Positions 48,373 to 56,994 of a DNA stretch of 64,000 nt are shown piece after piece. The notes under the pieces are model-generated. The model saw nothing but the letters and a program-made list of their open reading frames with translations, did no database searches and was not told the origin of the DNA. Position 1 is the stretch's first letter, and each line of letters starts with the position of its first letter. The DNA lies in the NCBI GenBank assembly GCA_026393975.1, contig JAPKZD010000022.1, positions 44,483 through 108,482 of the forward strand, written 5' to 3'. This stretch comes from Candidatus Aminicenantes bacterium. Lineage in GTDB: Bacteria; Acidobacteriota; Aminicenantia; Aminicenantales; Saccharicenantaceae. A program made the translations under genes and the position numbers.

Positions 48373-49821
48373 ATGGCGAATCGATTCCTTTCCCGGCTGG
48401 CCGAGATCATCTTCGACCAGGTCCCCTCGGACCAGGCCCTTTTCCGGACGCTCGACGGAAATGGGAACAAGGTCTTCGAAACCTCCAAGGGGATGGATGG
48501 GACGAACGGAGGAGGGGGACCCATAAGGGAAACGGACGAAACGATCGTCCGCCGTGTCCTCGAGATGGGCCGGCCGGTCCTCGTCACGGACCTTGCCTCG
48601 GAGCCGCTCTTTGCCGACCTGGAGCTCGACGGAAGCTGTCATCCCCGAAGCCTTCTGGCCTATCCCTGGACGCTCCAAGGCCTCCCTGCCGGCGTTGCCT
48701 ACCTGGCCCGAAACGGTGACGGCTGTCCCTTCACCCGGGAAAACATGGAGTTCCTGACCCTGGTCATGTCGCCCGTCCTCTACTTTTTGCGGGGAAAGGG
48801 GAGCCGCGGCCCGGAGGATGGGGCGTCCTCGCGGGATGACGACAGAGCCGGGAGCCCGTTCATGGGGACGGCGCTCCCCGTCCGGCGTGTCCGGGCCATG
48901 ATCGAAAAAGTTCGGGACACCGACGCGCCCGTCTTCATCTCGGGGGAGAGTGGGACGGGAAAGGAACTCGCCGCCAGGATCATCCACGAAACGGGGCGGC
49001 GTCGAGCCGGCCCGTTCGTCGCCGTCAATTGCGCCGCCATCCCTGAAGCCCTCATCGAGAGCGAACTCTTCGGCCATGCCCGGGGGGCCTTCACCGGCGC
49101 CGTGAGGGACAAGACGGGCCTGGTCGAGGAGGCCACGGGCGGGACGTTCTTCCTCGACGAGATCGGCGACCTGCCGCTTGCCCTCCAATCCAAGCTCCTC
49201 CGCGTCCTCGAAGAGAAAAAAGTCCGCCGGGTCGGCGAAACGCGCCATCGCGCGGTCGACGCCCGATTCGTCAGCGCCACGAACAAGGACCTCGACCACG
49301 AGGTCGAGCGGGGCCGTTTCCGCCAGGACCTCTACTACCGGCTGAAGATCATCGCCATCGACCTGCCGCCCCTCCGGGAAAGGCCGGAGGACGCCCTGCT
49401 CCTCCTCAATCACTTCCTCGACGAATTCTCCCGGTCCATGGGCAAGCCCCGGCCGTTCCTTTCGCCTGTTGCGTTGGAGATGCTCCTGCGCTATCCCTGG
49501 CCCGGGAACGTCCGCGAGCTCCAGAACGAGATCCAGCGATGTCTGGTCATGGCCGACGGCGCCCCGCTCATCCTCGAGGAGTACCTCTCGCCCAAGATCA
49601 ACCCGGCCGGGGAGACCTATTCGCGCGCCTCCCACCGCTTCTCCGAAGCCAAGGCGGATTTCGAGAAGCGGTTCCTCAGGGAGGCCTTGGTCCGTTGCCG
49701 GTATCACCGCACCCGGACGGCGGCCGAAGTGGGGCTGACTCGCCAGGGGCTTTTCAAGCTGCTAAAAAAACACGGGATAGATCCGAAAGCCGCTCAGGCC
49801 GGACCGCAGCCGGATCAGTAA
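48373..49821 (+). CDS. sigma54-dependent transcriptional activator (GAF-like + AAA+ + Fis HTH)
   Basis: GESGTGKE, ESELFGH, GAFTGA, FLDEIG, FRQDLYYRL, WPGNVREL. Confidence 0.93.
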   Translation: MANRFLSRLAEIIFDQVPSDQALFRTLDGNGNKVFETSKGMDGTNGGGGPIRETDETIVRRVLEMGRPVLVTDLASEPLFADLELDGSCHPRSLLAYPWTLQGLPAGVAYLARNGDGCPFTRENMEFLTLVMSPVLYFLRGKGSRGPEDGASSRDDDRAGSPFMGTALPVRRVRAMIEKVRDTDAPVFISGESGTGKELAARIIHETGRRRAGPFVAVNCAAIPEALIESELFGHARGAFTGAVRDKTGLVEEATGGTFFLDEIGDLPLALQSKLLRVLEEKKVRRVGETRHRAVDARFVSATNKDLDHEVERGRFRQDLYYRLKIIAIDLPPLRERPEDALLLLNHFLDEFSRSMGKPRPFLSPVALEMLLRYPWPGNVRELQNEIQRCLVMADGAPLILEEYLSPKINPAGETYSRASHRFSEAKADFEKRFLREALVRCRYHRTRTAAEVGLTRQGLFKLLKKHGIDPKAAQAGPQPDQ

Positions 49822-49853
49822 AAGAGGGACAGTCCGACGGTCCCTCTTTGTTG
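49821..49853 (+). terminator. Terminator hairpin related to the 3436 element
   Basis: AAAGAGGGAC/GTCCCTCTTT stem directly at the stop codon. Confidence 0.6.
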
Positions 49854-49879
49854 AAGAGGGGGGCGGGTTATGCTACATT
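49851..49879 (+). promoter_or_regulatory. sigma70 promoter, probably leaderless transcript
   Basis: TTGAAG-17-TACATT with extended TG; ATG 6 nt after -10. Confidence 0.55.
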
Positions 49880-49885
49880 CGCTCC

Positions 49886-50179
49886 ATGGCCGAGACAAAA
49901 GATGAGGCCCGCGTCTTTTCGCTAACATGTCCTTGCTGCGAGGCGACCCTCTGGGTCGACGACGAAACCCGGGCGGTCCTGCGCTCGGAGAAGGCCAAGA
50001 AGAAGAAGGGCTCGCTCGACGACCTCCTGGTCAAGGAGCACAAGCGGCAGAGCGAGTTCGACCGCAAGTTCGACGCCACGTTCGAGCTCCAGAAGGAGAA
50101 ACACGACAAGGCCGACGAGCTGTTCAAGAAGGCGCTCGAGAAGGCCGAGAAGGGCGAGGACGAAGAACCCGCGGCCTAA
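49886..50179 (+). CDS. Small protein with CPCC motif and charged helical tail
   Basis: LTCPCCEATLWVD..; K/E-rich C-terminus. Confidence 0.75.
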   Translation: MAETKDEARVFSLTCPCCEATLWVDDETRAVLRSEKAKKKKGSLDDLLVKEHKRQSEFDRKFDATFELQKEKHDKADELFKKALEKAEKGEDEEPAA

Positions 50180-50202
50180 GGTCGCGCGGCCTTCTCGTTA
50201 GG

Positions 50203-50350
50203 TGACGCCACCCGTTTTGGCTGCGAGGGGAACCACCCGTTTCCCCCGGCCCCCGGGAACCAGTCCCGGCGGTTCCCCCATCGGTACCCGATGGTGCCCC
50301 CTCCGCTACGGGGGCTCCGGATAGTTCCCCTCACAGCCCGGGTGGCGTCA
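50203..50350 (-). repeat. Highly structured intergenic palindromic element (MITE/REP-like or ncRNA)
   Basis: Terminal stems of 12 bp and 15 bp enclosing three internal hairpins. Confidence 0.6.
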
Positions 50351-50390
50351 AAGAGGTCCCTTACGTACATCGGAGCTAAAACGTGCGGTG

Positions 50391-51851
50391 TCAGCTGCCG
50401 GGCTGCGTCTCGTCCTCGCGAACCCGCGGCGACATCGTCCACTTGGTGAAGCCGAAGACGGCCAGCATAACGACCGAGAGATAATTCATGAAGGCCCAGG
50501 GCAGGTAGGCGAAGGTCGAGACCCCCAGCGTCCCCGTGATGTAAACGCCGGCCATGCTCCAGGGGATGAGCGGCACGATGATGCCGCCGCTCTCCTCGAT
50601 GATGCGCGACAGGTTTTTGGCGGCCAGGCCCTTTTTCTTGAAGATGGGCGCGAGAAGGTCGGCCGGCAGGATCATCGAAAGATAGGAGCTCCCGGTGATC
50701 ATGGCCGAGAGAACGGCCGCGCCGATCGTCGTCAGGACGAGGCTCCAGACCTCCCGGGTGAACTTCATCACCCGCTCTAGGATGACGGCCAGACATCCCG
50801 TTTTATGCATGATGCCGCCGAAGGCGAAGGCGGTGAAGGCGATGAGCTGGGTCTCCATCATGCTCATCATGCCGCCCTTGGCCAGGAGCCGGTCGACGAC
50901 CTCGACGCCCGTCCGCGCCGGGAGGCCCGAGTTCATGGCCGTGGCCACGACCGTGAGGGGGATCTTCTGGAAGATGACGGCCAGGGCCGCGGCGACGAGG
51001 GAGGACAGGATCATGGCCGGGATGGTCGGCTTCTTGGCCACCGCGAAATAGAAGATGACGACCATGGGCAGGAGCAGGAGGACGCTGAACCGGAAGTTCG
51101 ACTTGAGCGTACGGAGGATGAGGTCGAGCGTGTCCGACTGGACGGCCACCGCGCCGTACTTCAGGCCGACGAAGAAGTATATGACGAGGCCGGCCAGCCA
51201 GGCCGGCACGGCCGACCACATCATGTGCTTGATGTGGTCGAAGAGGTTCGACCCGGAGATGACCGTGGCCAGGTTGGGGATGTCGGAGAGAGGCGACATT
51301 TTGTCGCCGAAGTAGGCGCCGGCCACGACCGCCCCGGCCGCCGGGCCGAGGGGGATGCCGAGGCCCATGGCGATGCCGATGAAGGCCACGCCCACCGTGC
51401 CGATCGTGCCCCACGACGTCCCCGAGGCGATGGCGACGACCGACGAGACGAGGCAGGCCGTGGCCAGGAAGAACTTGGGAGAGATGAGCTTCAGGCCGTA
51501 ATAAATGACCATGGGGATAGTGCCGCCGGCCATCCAGGACCCGACGAGGATGCCGACCGAGAGCATGATCAGGATGGCCGGCATGGCCTTGTGGATGCTG
51601 TCGACGATGCCCCGCTCCATGTCCTTCCACTTGAAGCCGAGGGCGAGGCCCATCGTCGCGGCGATCGCGGCCGCGGCGACGAGGAGGACCTGGGCCTTGA
51701 TCTTGTAGACGCCGTAGCCGACGCCGAGGAGGAGGGCCATGGCGACGAGCGGAATGAGGGCGACCCCGAACTTCGGCGGTCGTCCCGGGATGGGGGCTTG
51801 AGGAGGCGGCTGGGGCGGCATCGCCGCCGGCTGAACGGTCTTTTCGTCCAT
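50391..51851 (-). CDS. nhaC: Na+/H+ antiporter NhaC family transporter
   Basis: GTSWGTIGTVG, GAYFGDKMSPLSD, LSRIIEESG, LIPW. Confidence 0.88.
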   Translation of the reverse strand: MDEKTVQPAAMPPQPPPQAPIPGRPPKFGVALIPLVAMALLLGVGYGVYKIKAQVLLVAAAAIAATMGLALGFKWKDMERGIVDSIHKAMPAILIMLSVGILVGSWMAGGTIPMVIYYGLKLISPKFFLATACLVSSVVAIASGTSWGTIGTVGVAFIGIAMGLGIPLGPAAGAVVAGAYFGDKMSPLSDIPNLATVISGSNLFDHIKHMMWSAVPAWLAGLVIYFFVGLKYGAVAVQSDTLDLILRTLKSNFRFSVLLLLPMVVIFYFAVAKKPTIPAMILSSLVAAALAVIFQKIPLTVVATAMNSGLPARTGVEVVDRLLAKGGMMSMMETQLIAFTAFAFGGIMHKTGCLAVILERVMKFTREVWSLVLTTIGAAVLSAMITGSSYLSMILPADLLAPIFKKKGLAAKNLSRIIEESGGIIVPLIPWSMAGVYITGTLGVSTFAYLPWAFMNYLSVVMLAVFGFTKWTMSPRVREDETQPGS

Positions 51852-51861
51852 GGGAATCCCC

Positions 51862-53031
51862 TCAGGCGCTGAACGTGCCGCGGACGAGGAGCCTCCCGCC
51901 GGCCATCATCCTTTTTCCCCGGGCGAAGACGTCGCTCAGGGCGAGATTGCCGTCGATGACGACGAGGTCGGCGTCCCGTCCCGGCCCGATACGCCCTTTT
52001 TTCCCAAGCTTGTAGAACTCTGCCGCGTTGGTCGAAAAAAGCCGGGCGGCCGTTTCGGGGGGCAGGAGGCCCTTGCGGAGAACGTCCCCGAACTTGCGGA
52101 AGAGGTCCTTCTCCGTGGCGATCGTCAGCCGGACGAGCCGGCCGCTCTCGTCGAAAACGGGGATACTGCCGTTGCTGTCCGAGCTGAGCATCATCCGGCC
52201 GAATGGGAGGCCTTTTTCCCGGAAGCGGGCGATGCAGTCTTCGAGACTCACCTCCGGGTCGGGCGGGACGGGATCCGGCCCGACGGTGATATCGACGGAA
52301 CCGCCGCCGGCGACCCATTCGAGGCCCTCTTCGAAAAGCTCCGGGTTGCGGCTGATGTGGGTCGGGACAAACTGGCTCGCAGGGATCTCCGTTTCGCGGA
52401 CGAGCCGGAAGAGAAACTCGAGCCGGCGCTTGCCGTCGCCGAGATGGAGGTGGAGGACGCCGGCCTTCCCGCCGAGCATCCCCCCGACGCGGCATTCGGC
52501 CGCGAGCCTCGCGACCTCGTCGAACGTCGGCTGCGAGGAGCGGTGGTCGCTCACGGCGATCTCGCCCGCGCCGACGACCTTGTCGACGACGATGAGGTCG
52601 GAACGGACGCTTCCGGTCAGGGTCCGGACGGGGATCTCGTAGGACCCCGAATAGATGAACGTCGAGACGCCCTCGAGCTCGAGCGCTTGGGCCTTGGCCA
52701 GGAGGGACGTCATGTGGCGGGTGACGCCGTCGGTCCCCAGACAGCCGATGACGGTGGTGACGCCGCTCGAGATGATATCTTCGACCCTGATCTCGGGAGC
52801 GCGCGTCGCCGGGCCGCCTTCCCCTCCGCCCCCCAGGATGTGGACGTGGGGGTCGATGAGCCCGGGGAAGACGCGCTTCCCGGCCGCGTCCACGGTTTCG
52901 GCCTCGAGGCCGTCGACCCGGATGCGGCCCGGTTCGGCCACGGCCTCGATCGCGCCTCCGGCGAGCAGGATGTCCTTCCGGCCGAGCGGCTCAGGGGCAA
53001 AGACGTCTCCGCCGCGAATCAGAGTGACCAT
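51862..53031 (-). CDS. iadA: Isoaspartyl dipeptidase (beta-aspartyl peptidase)
   Basis: HVHILGGGGEGG..TRAPE, GCLGTDG, SDHRSSQP, HLGDG, PTH, SSDSNGS. Confidence 0.93.
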   Translation of the reverse strand: MVTLIRGGDVFAPEPLGRKDILLAGGAIEAVAEPGRIRVDGLEAETVDAAGKRVFPGLIDPHVHILGGGGEGGPATRAPEIRVEDIISSGVTTVIGCLGTDGVTRHMTSLLAKAQALELEGVSTFIYSGSYEIPVRTLTGSVRSDLIVVDKVVGAGEIAVSDHRSSQPTFDEVARLAAECRVGGMLGGKAGVLHLHLGDGKRRLEFLFRLVRETEIPASQFVPTHISRNPELFEEGLEWVAGGGSVDITVGPDPVPPDPEVSLEDCIARFREKGLPFGRMMLSSDSNGSIPVFDESGRLVRLTIATEKDLFRKFGDVLRKGLLPPETAARLFSTNAAEFYKLGKKGRIGPGRDADLVVIDGNLALSDVFARGKRMMAGGRLLVRGTFSA

Positions 53032-53112
53032 GGGCACCTCCTTATCCGGACGGGGCCTAAATTATCACGGCTGACGGGCGTTCGCAAGCGGCCGCTCCGC
53101 CCCGGGCGCTCT

Positions 53113-53141
53113 TTGAATTTCCCGGGCGGATTTTGTAGAAT
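53113..53141 (+). promoter_or_regulatory. sigma70 promoter, probably leaderless transcript
   Basis: TTGAAT-17-TAGAAT; ATG 6 nt after -10, no SD. Confidence 0.6.
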
Positions 53142-53147
53142 AGCTCT

Positions 53148-53912
53148 ATGCCCGTGGCTACGTTCGAGGAAGAATTCAAGCGCATCGAAAAGTCCATCGA
53201 CCGCGTGACGCGGGCGTTTATTTTCCCCAAGAAAATCGACCTCCGCGGCGGCGAGAACTTCGTCCAAGAGGGTCCGAACATCATCATCGGGAACCACATC
53301 GGGAGCTACAAGGACGTGGCCATCATGCTCCGGACCGTGCCGCGGATGATCTTCTTCACCGCCAACAAGATGATCTTCGATAAGAAAGAGGCGAGCGAAC
53401 TCGTCCTCCGTCACCTCCATCGGCACATGGGCAAGTTCGGCGGGTTCGTCCATCTCATCCTCATCCCGCTCTACTCCTATTTGGTCCACTTCGTGTCCGG
53501 GCATGCGGCCAAGATCGGCTCCATTCCCGTCGACATTTACGGCAGCAAGCGCGAGTCGATCCTCAAGTGCCAGGACTATCTGAGGAAGGGGAGGGCTGTC
53601 ATCGCTCTGCAGGGCCGGGGCCGCGTCCACCCCAAGGACCCGAACCCCTACGTCAAGAGCTTCCGGCGGGGCGTCTCCATCATGGCCTACAACCTTTTCA
53701 AGCAGGAAGGCTTTGCCGTCCCCGTCACGCCCATGTCGATTTTCGGAACTCACATCATGTGGGGAGTGCCGGCGACGATCAAGGTCAACGTCGGGAAGCC
53801 GCTCTATATCAGAGACTACTGGGGAGGCGGCGAAGTGGAGACCGTCGAGAAGTTCCGGGCCGCCCTCGAACGGCGGGTTTCCGGACTTTTGTACGAAAGC
53901 TTATCGTGGTGA
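53148..53912 (+). CDS. PlsC-like (lysophospholipid) acyltransferase, divergent
   Basis: GGENF..GPNIIIGNH..D, IPVD, FRRGV, VPVTP, VNVGKPL. Confidence 0.7.
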   Translation: MPVATFEEEFKRIEKSIDRVTRAFIFPKKIDLRGGENFVQEGPNIIIGNHIGSYKDVAIMLRTVPRMIFFTANKMIFDKKEASELVLRHLHRHMGKFGGFVHLILIPLYSYLVHFVSGHAAKIGSIPVDIYGSKRESILKCQDYLRKGRAVIALQGRGRVHPKDPNPYVKSFRRGVSIMAYNLFKQEGFAVPVTPMSIFGTHIMWGVPATIKVNVGKPLYIRDYWGGGEVETVEKFRAALERRVSGLLYESLSW

Positions 53913-53982
53913 GAACGAGGAGGGGACAATGGTTTCCCTCTAGGTCATGAAGAGGTACCTGAAAAAGTGTAGGATTTAAGGT

Positions 53983-54010
53983 TTGACCCCTTCTATTTTT
54001 TTGTTATAAT
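53983..54010 (+). promoter_or_regulatory. sigma70 promoter of POT transporter
   Basis: TTGACC-16-TATAAT with extended TGn. Confidence 0.65.
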
Positions 54011-54067
54011 CCCCGCGCTTTGAGAGCAATTCGGCATCCCCGAAATCCCTGCCCAGGACGGTGAACC

Positions 54068-55750
54068 ATGTTTAAAGGACATCCCAAGGGCCTGTTCGTC
54101 GCCTTCTTCGCCAATATGGGCGAGCGCTTCGGCTTCTACACGATGATCAGCATCTTCGTCCTGTTCATGCAGGCGAAGTACGGCATGTCCGCCGCCGCGG
54201 CAGGCTTCATGTACGCGACCTTCATGGTCGGCGTCTACATCTTCCCCCTGCTCGGCGGCTTCCTGGCCGACCGCTACCTCGGCTACGGCCGGACGATCAG
54301 CCTGGGCATCATCGTCATGTTCATCGGCTACGTCATGCTGGTTCTGCCGACGGCAATGAATACCGGTTTCCCCCTCATCGTCGCTGCCCTGGCCGTCATT
54401 GCCCTAGGCACGGGCCTGTTCAAGGGCAACCTCCAGGTGCTCGTCGGCAACCTCTACGACGACCCCAAGTACTCCGCCATGCGCGACCGGGCCTTCAACA
54501 TCTTCTATATGGGCATCAACATCGGAGCCATGTTCGCGCCCTCGGCCTCCGAAGCCGTGTCCAACTTCATCCTGCGCAAGGCCCATTTCGTCTACGATCC
54601 AAGCATTCCCGCCCTGGCCAACGATTTCCTCAAGGGCAAGCTGGCCGACGTCGCCTCCTACCTGACGATCGCCCAGCGTCAGGACCCGGCGGTGACCGCG
54701 GATACCCTGCGGGGCTTCTCGGAAACCTACATCAACGCCCTGAGCAAGTCCTACCACTTCGCGTTCGGCGTCGCCTGCCTCAGCTTGATCCTGTCCATGG
54801 CCATCTTCTGGGCCTTCCGGAAACACTACAAGCTGGCCGACCTGACCGAGCGCCAGAAGGCCAAGTCCGAGGCCTTCAAATCCCAGGTCGTCGAGCTGAC
54901 CCGCGAGCAGACGCGCGAGCGGCTGGTCACCCTAGGCCTCGTCTTCTTCGTCGTCATCTTCTTCTGGATGGCCTTCAACCAGAGCGCCGTGACCATGACC
55001 TATTTCGCTCGCGATTATACCGTCCATAGCGTGGGCAGGGCCAACAACCTCTGGTTCGATATGGCCGGACTGCTCATCATTTTTCTGGCGCTTGCCGGCT
55101 TGGTCGTCCTCCTGCGAAGGGCCTCGGGCCGCCTCGCCCGCGTCCTCGGCGCGGCCTCGTTCATCGGGTTCGGCGTTCTGGCCTTCCTCCGCTATCGGGG
55201 CTACGGAGTAGCGAATGACTTCCAACCTCAAATTTTTCAGCAGTTCAACCCCTTATTCATCGTCGCCCTGACGCCCCTTGTCGTCGGGATCTTCGGCTGG
55301 CTGAACCGCAAAGGCAAGGAACCCTCGGCGCCGCGCAAGATCGGCATCGGCATGCTCATCACCGCTGCCGCCTACGCTATTCTGGTCTTGGCCTCGCTTA
55401 AACTGCCCAGCCCGAGGGCTTTGGGCGGACTCGTCGCCCCGGCCGGCTCCCAAGTCTCCGTCTACTGGCTCATCTCGACCTACTTCCTGGTGACCATTGC
55501 CGAGCTCTTCCTCAGCCCCATCGGCATCTCGTTCGTTTCGCGCGTCGCCCCGCCCAAGTACAAGGGCCTGATGCAGGGCGGCTGGTTCGCGGCGACGGCC
55601 ATCGGCAGCAACCTCGTCGGCGTCGTCGCCTGGTTCTGGATGCGGGTGCCGCTCTGGTCGGTGTGGGCGATCCTCGTCGTGGCCTGCCTCCTCTCGGCCG
55701 CCTTCATATTCTCGATCATGAAGCGGCTGGAAAGGGTCGCCCGGGCTTAG
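54068..55750 (+). CDS. POT/PTR family proton-dependent oligopeptide transporter
   Basis: GHPKGL, ERFGFY, GGFLADRYLG, GLFKGN, FYMGINIG, ELFLSPIG. Confidence 0.93.
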   Translation: MFKGHPKGLFVAFFANMGERFGFYTMISIFVLFMQAKYGMSAAAAGFMYATFMVGVYIFPLLGGFLADRYLGYGRTISLGIIVMFIGYVMLVLPTAMNTGFPLIVAALAVIALGTGLFKGNLQVLVGNLYDDPKYSAMRDRAFNIFYMGINIGAMFAPSASEAVSNFILRKAHFVYDPSIPALANDFLKGKLADVASYLTIAQRQDPAVTADTLRGFSETYINALSKSYHFAFGVACLSLILSMAIFWAFRKHYKLADLTERQKAKSEAFKSQVVELTREQTRERLVTLGLVFFVVIFFWMAFNQSAVTMTYFARDYTVHSVGRANNLWFDMAGLLIIFLALAGLVVLLRRASGRLARVLGAASFIGFGVLAFLRYRGYGVANDFQPQIFQQFNPLFIVALTPLVVGIFGWLNRKGKEPSAPRKIGIGMLITAAAYAILVLASLKLPSPRALGGLVAPAGSQVSVYWLISTYFLVTIAELFLSPIGISFVSRVAPPKYKGLMQGGWFAATAIGSNLVGVVAWFWMRVPLWSVWAILVVACLLSAAFIFSIMKRLERVARA

Positions 55751-55757
55751 TCCCGGG

Positions 55758-56864
55758 TCACAGGATCGCTTTTTTCTTTTCGAGGTAATAAAGGTAGTTC
55801 TCGTAGGTGACGTCGGGCGGGACGCGGTGGTCGACGCACGGCAGGTAGCCGCCGCGCTCGACCAGCGGCTGGAGCCTCTCGAGCTCCCGGTCGATGGCGT
55901 TTTTACCGGCGATCAGGGCCATCTTGTCGACGCCGCCGAGCAAAAGGACTTTATCCCCGTACTCTTCCCTCAGCCGCAAGGGGTCCGTGTGTAATGCCTC
56001 GATAGGGAACATGCCGTTGATGCCGCCCCTGAGCCAGCCCGGGACGAGCTCGTAGATCCGGCCGTCGCAGTCGAGGACGTTGACGGCGATGCCGCGTGTC
56101 TTGAGGGCGTCCGTGATCCGCTTGTAGCGCGGCACCATGAGTTCCTCGAAGAGCCGGGGCGACATGAGCGGGCCGTGATTGTAGCACATGTCCTCCCACC
56201 ACCAGGCGACGTCGACCCCGTCCGCCGGGATGTGCTTCTCGATGAACTCGAGGTCCATCAAGGTGATATGCTCCATCATCTCATCGACCCAAGTGCGGTC
56301 GGTCATGAGGGCGATGGACAGGTTCTCAAGGCCCATCCAATCGCGCAGCCAGCCGTAGAGCGAGCCGCAGTGGAAGAGGATGGGCATGCCGGCGGCGTGG
56401 GCCGCGGCAATCGCCGCCGGAACGTCGCCGACCCGGCCGGGACGCCGGGGGTCGAGGCGCTCGTCTCGGAGTCGCTCCCAATCGGCCCGGGTCTCGACGG
56501 CGAACTTGAGGAACTTGGGCATGGAAGAGTCGTAGTCGAGCATCTCGGTCAGGGCACCGTCTTTCGTCTGGACGATGCGCCGCTCGCCCCTCAGCTCGAT
56601 GGTTTTTTCTTCAAAGGCCGGAAACAGTCCCTTCCGGATAGGGACTTCGGGGATGATGGAGATCCCTTCGAGTCCCAGGCGCCTCTCGACGTCCTCATTC
56701 GTCCGGCAGTCGCTCGGCAGCCCCTGCTCGTGCCAGACGGCGATCGTCTTGTCCCAATAGCCGAACTCCATGTCGGGGACGCGGTCCGGCTTCTCCCAGC
56801 GGAAAACCCTGTTGAATCGCTCGCGGGTGGTCATAGGCGTTTTTATCTTATCACGGATCTTCAT
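55758..56864 (-). CDS. Uroporphyrinogen decarboxylase / MtaA-CmuA-like family protein
   Basis: MTTRERF..PDRVP, EDMCY..GPLMSP, DCDG, LLGGVDK, GGY..DH.VPPDV. Confidence 0.85.
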   Translation of the reverse strand: MKIRDKIKTPMTTRERFNRVFRWEKPDRVPDMEFGYWDKTIAVWHEQGLPSDCRTNEDVERRLGLEGISIIPEVPIRKGLFPAFEEKTIELRGERRIVQTKDGALTEMLDYDSSMPKFLKFAVETRADWERLRDERLDPRRPGRVGDVPAAIAAAHAAGMPILFHCGSLYGWLRDWMGLENLSIALMTDRTWVDEMMEHITLMDLEFIEKHIPADGVDVAWWWEDMCYNHGPLMSPRLFEELMVPRYKRITDALKTRGIAVNVLDCDGRIYELVPGWLRGGINGMFPIEALHTDPLRLREEYGDKVLLLGGVDKMALIAGKNAIDRELERLQPLVERGGYLPCVDHRVPPDVTYENYLYYLEKKKAIL

Positions 56865-56937
56865 CGGGAATGAACGCCGCCTTTTTTTTCCTTTTAAAAA
56901 GACGATCCGTGCCGGGCCGGGATTCTCGGGGGACGCG

Positions 56938-56966
56938 TTGAAATGCGGCCGTGCCTGTATTAGAAT
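56938..56966 (+). promoter_or_regulatory. sigma70 promoter
   Basis: TTGAAA-17 bp-TAGAAT. Confidence 0.55.
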
Positions 56967-56994
56967 GAAGGGCACAAGGACCGTGGTGCTCGAG

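Noticed and set aside
50203-50350. tRNA, SRP, 6S RNA or riboswitch identity for the structured element
   Set aside because: No T-loop/anticodon geometry, SRP domain IV motif or 6S central bubble. It lies 3' of both neighbours, so it is not a leader riboswitch.
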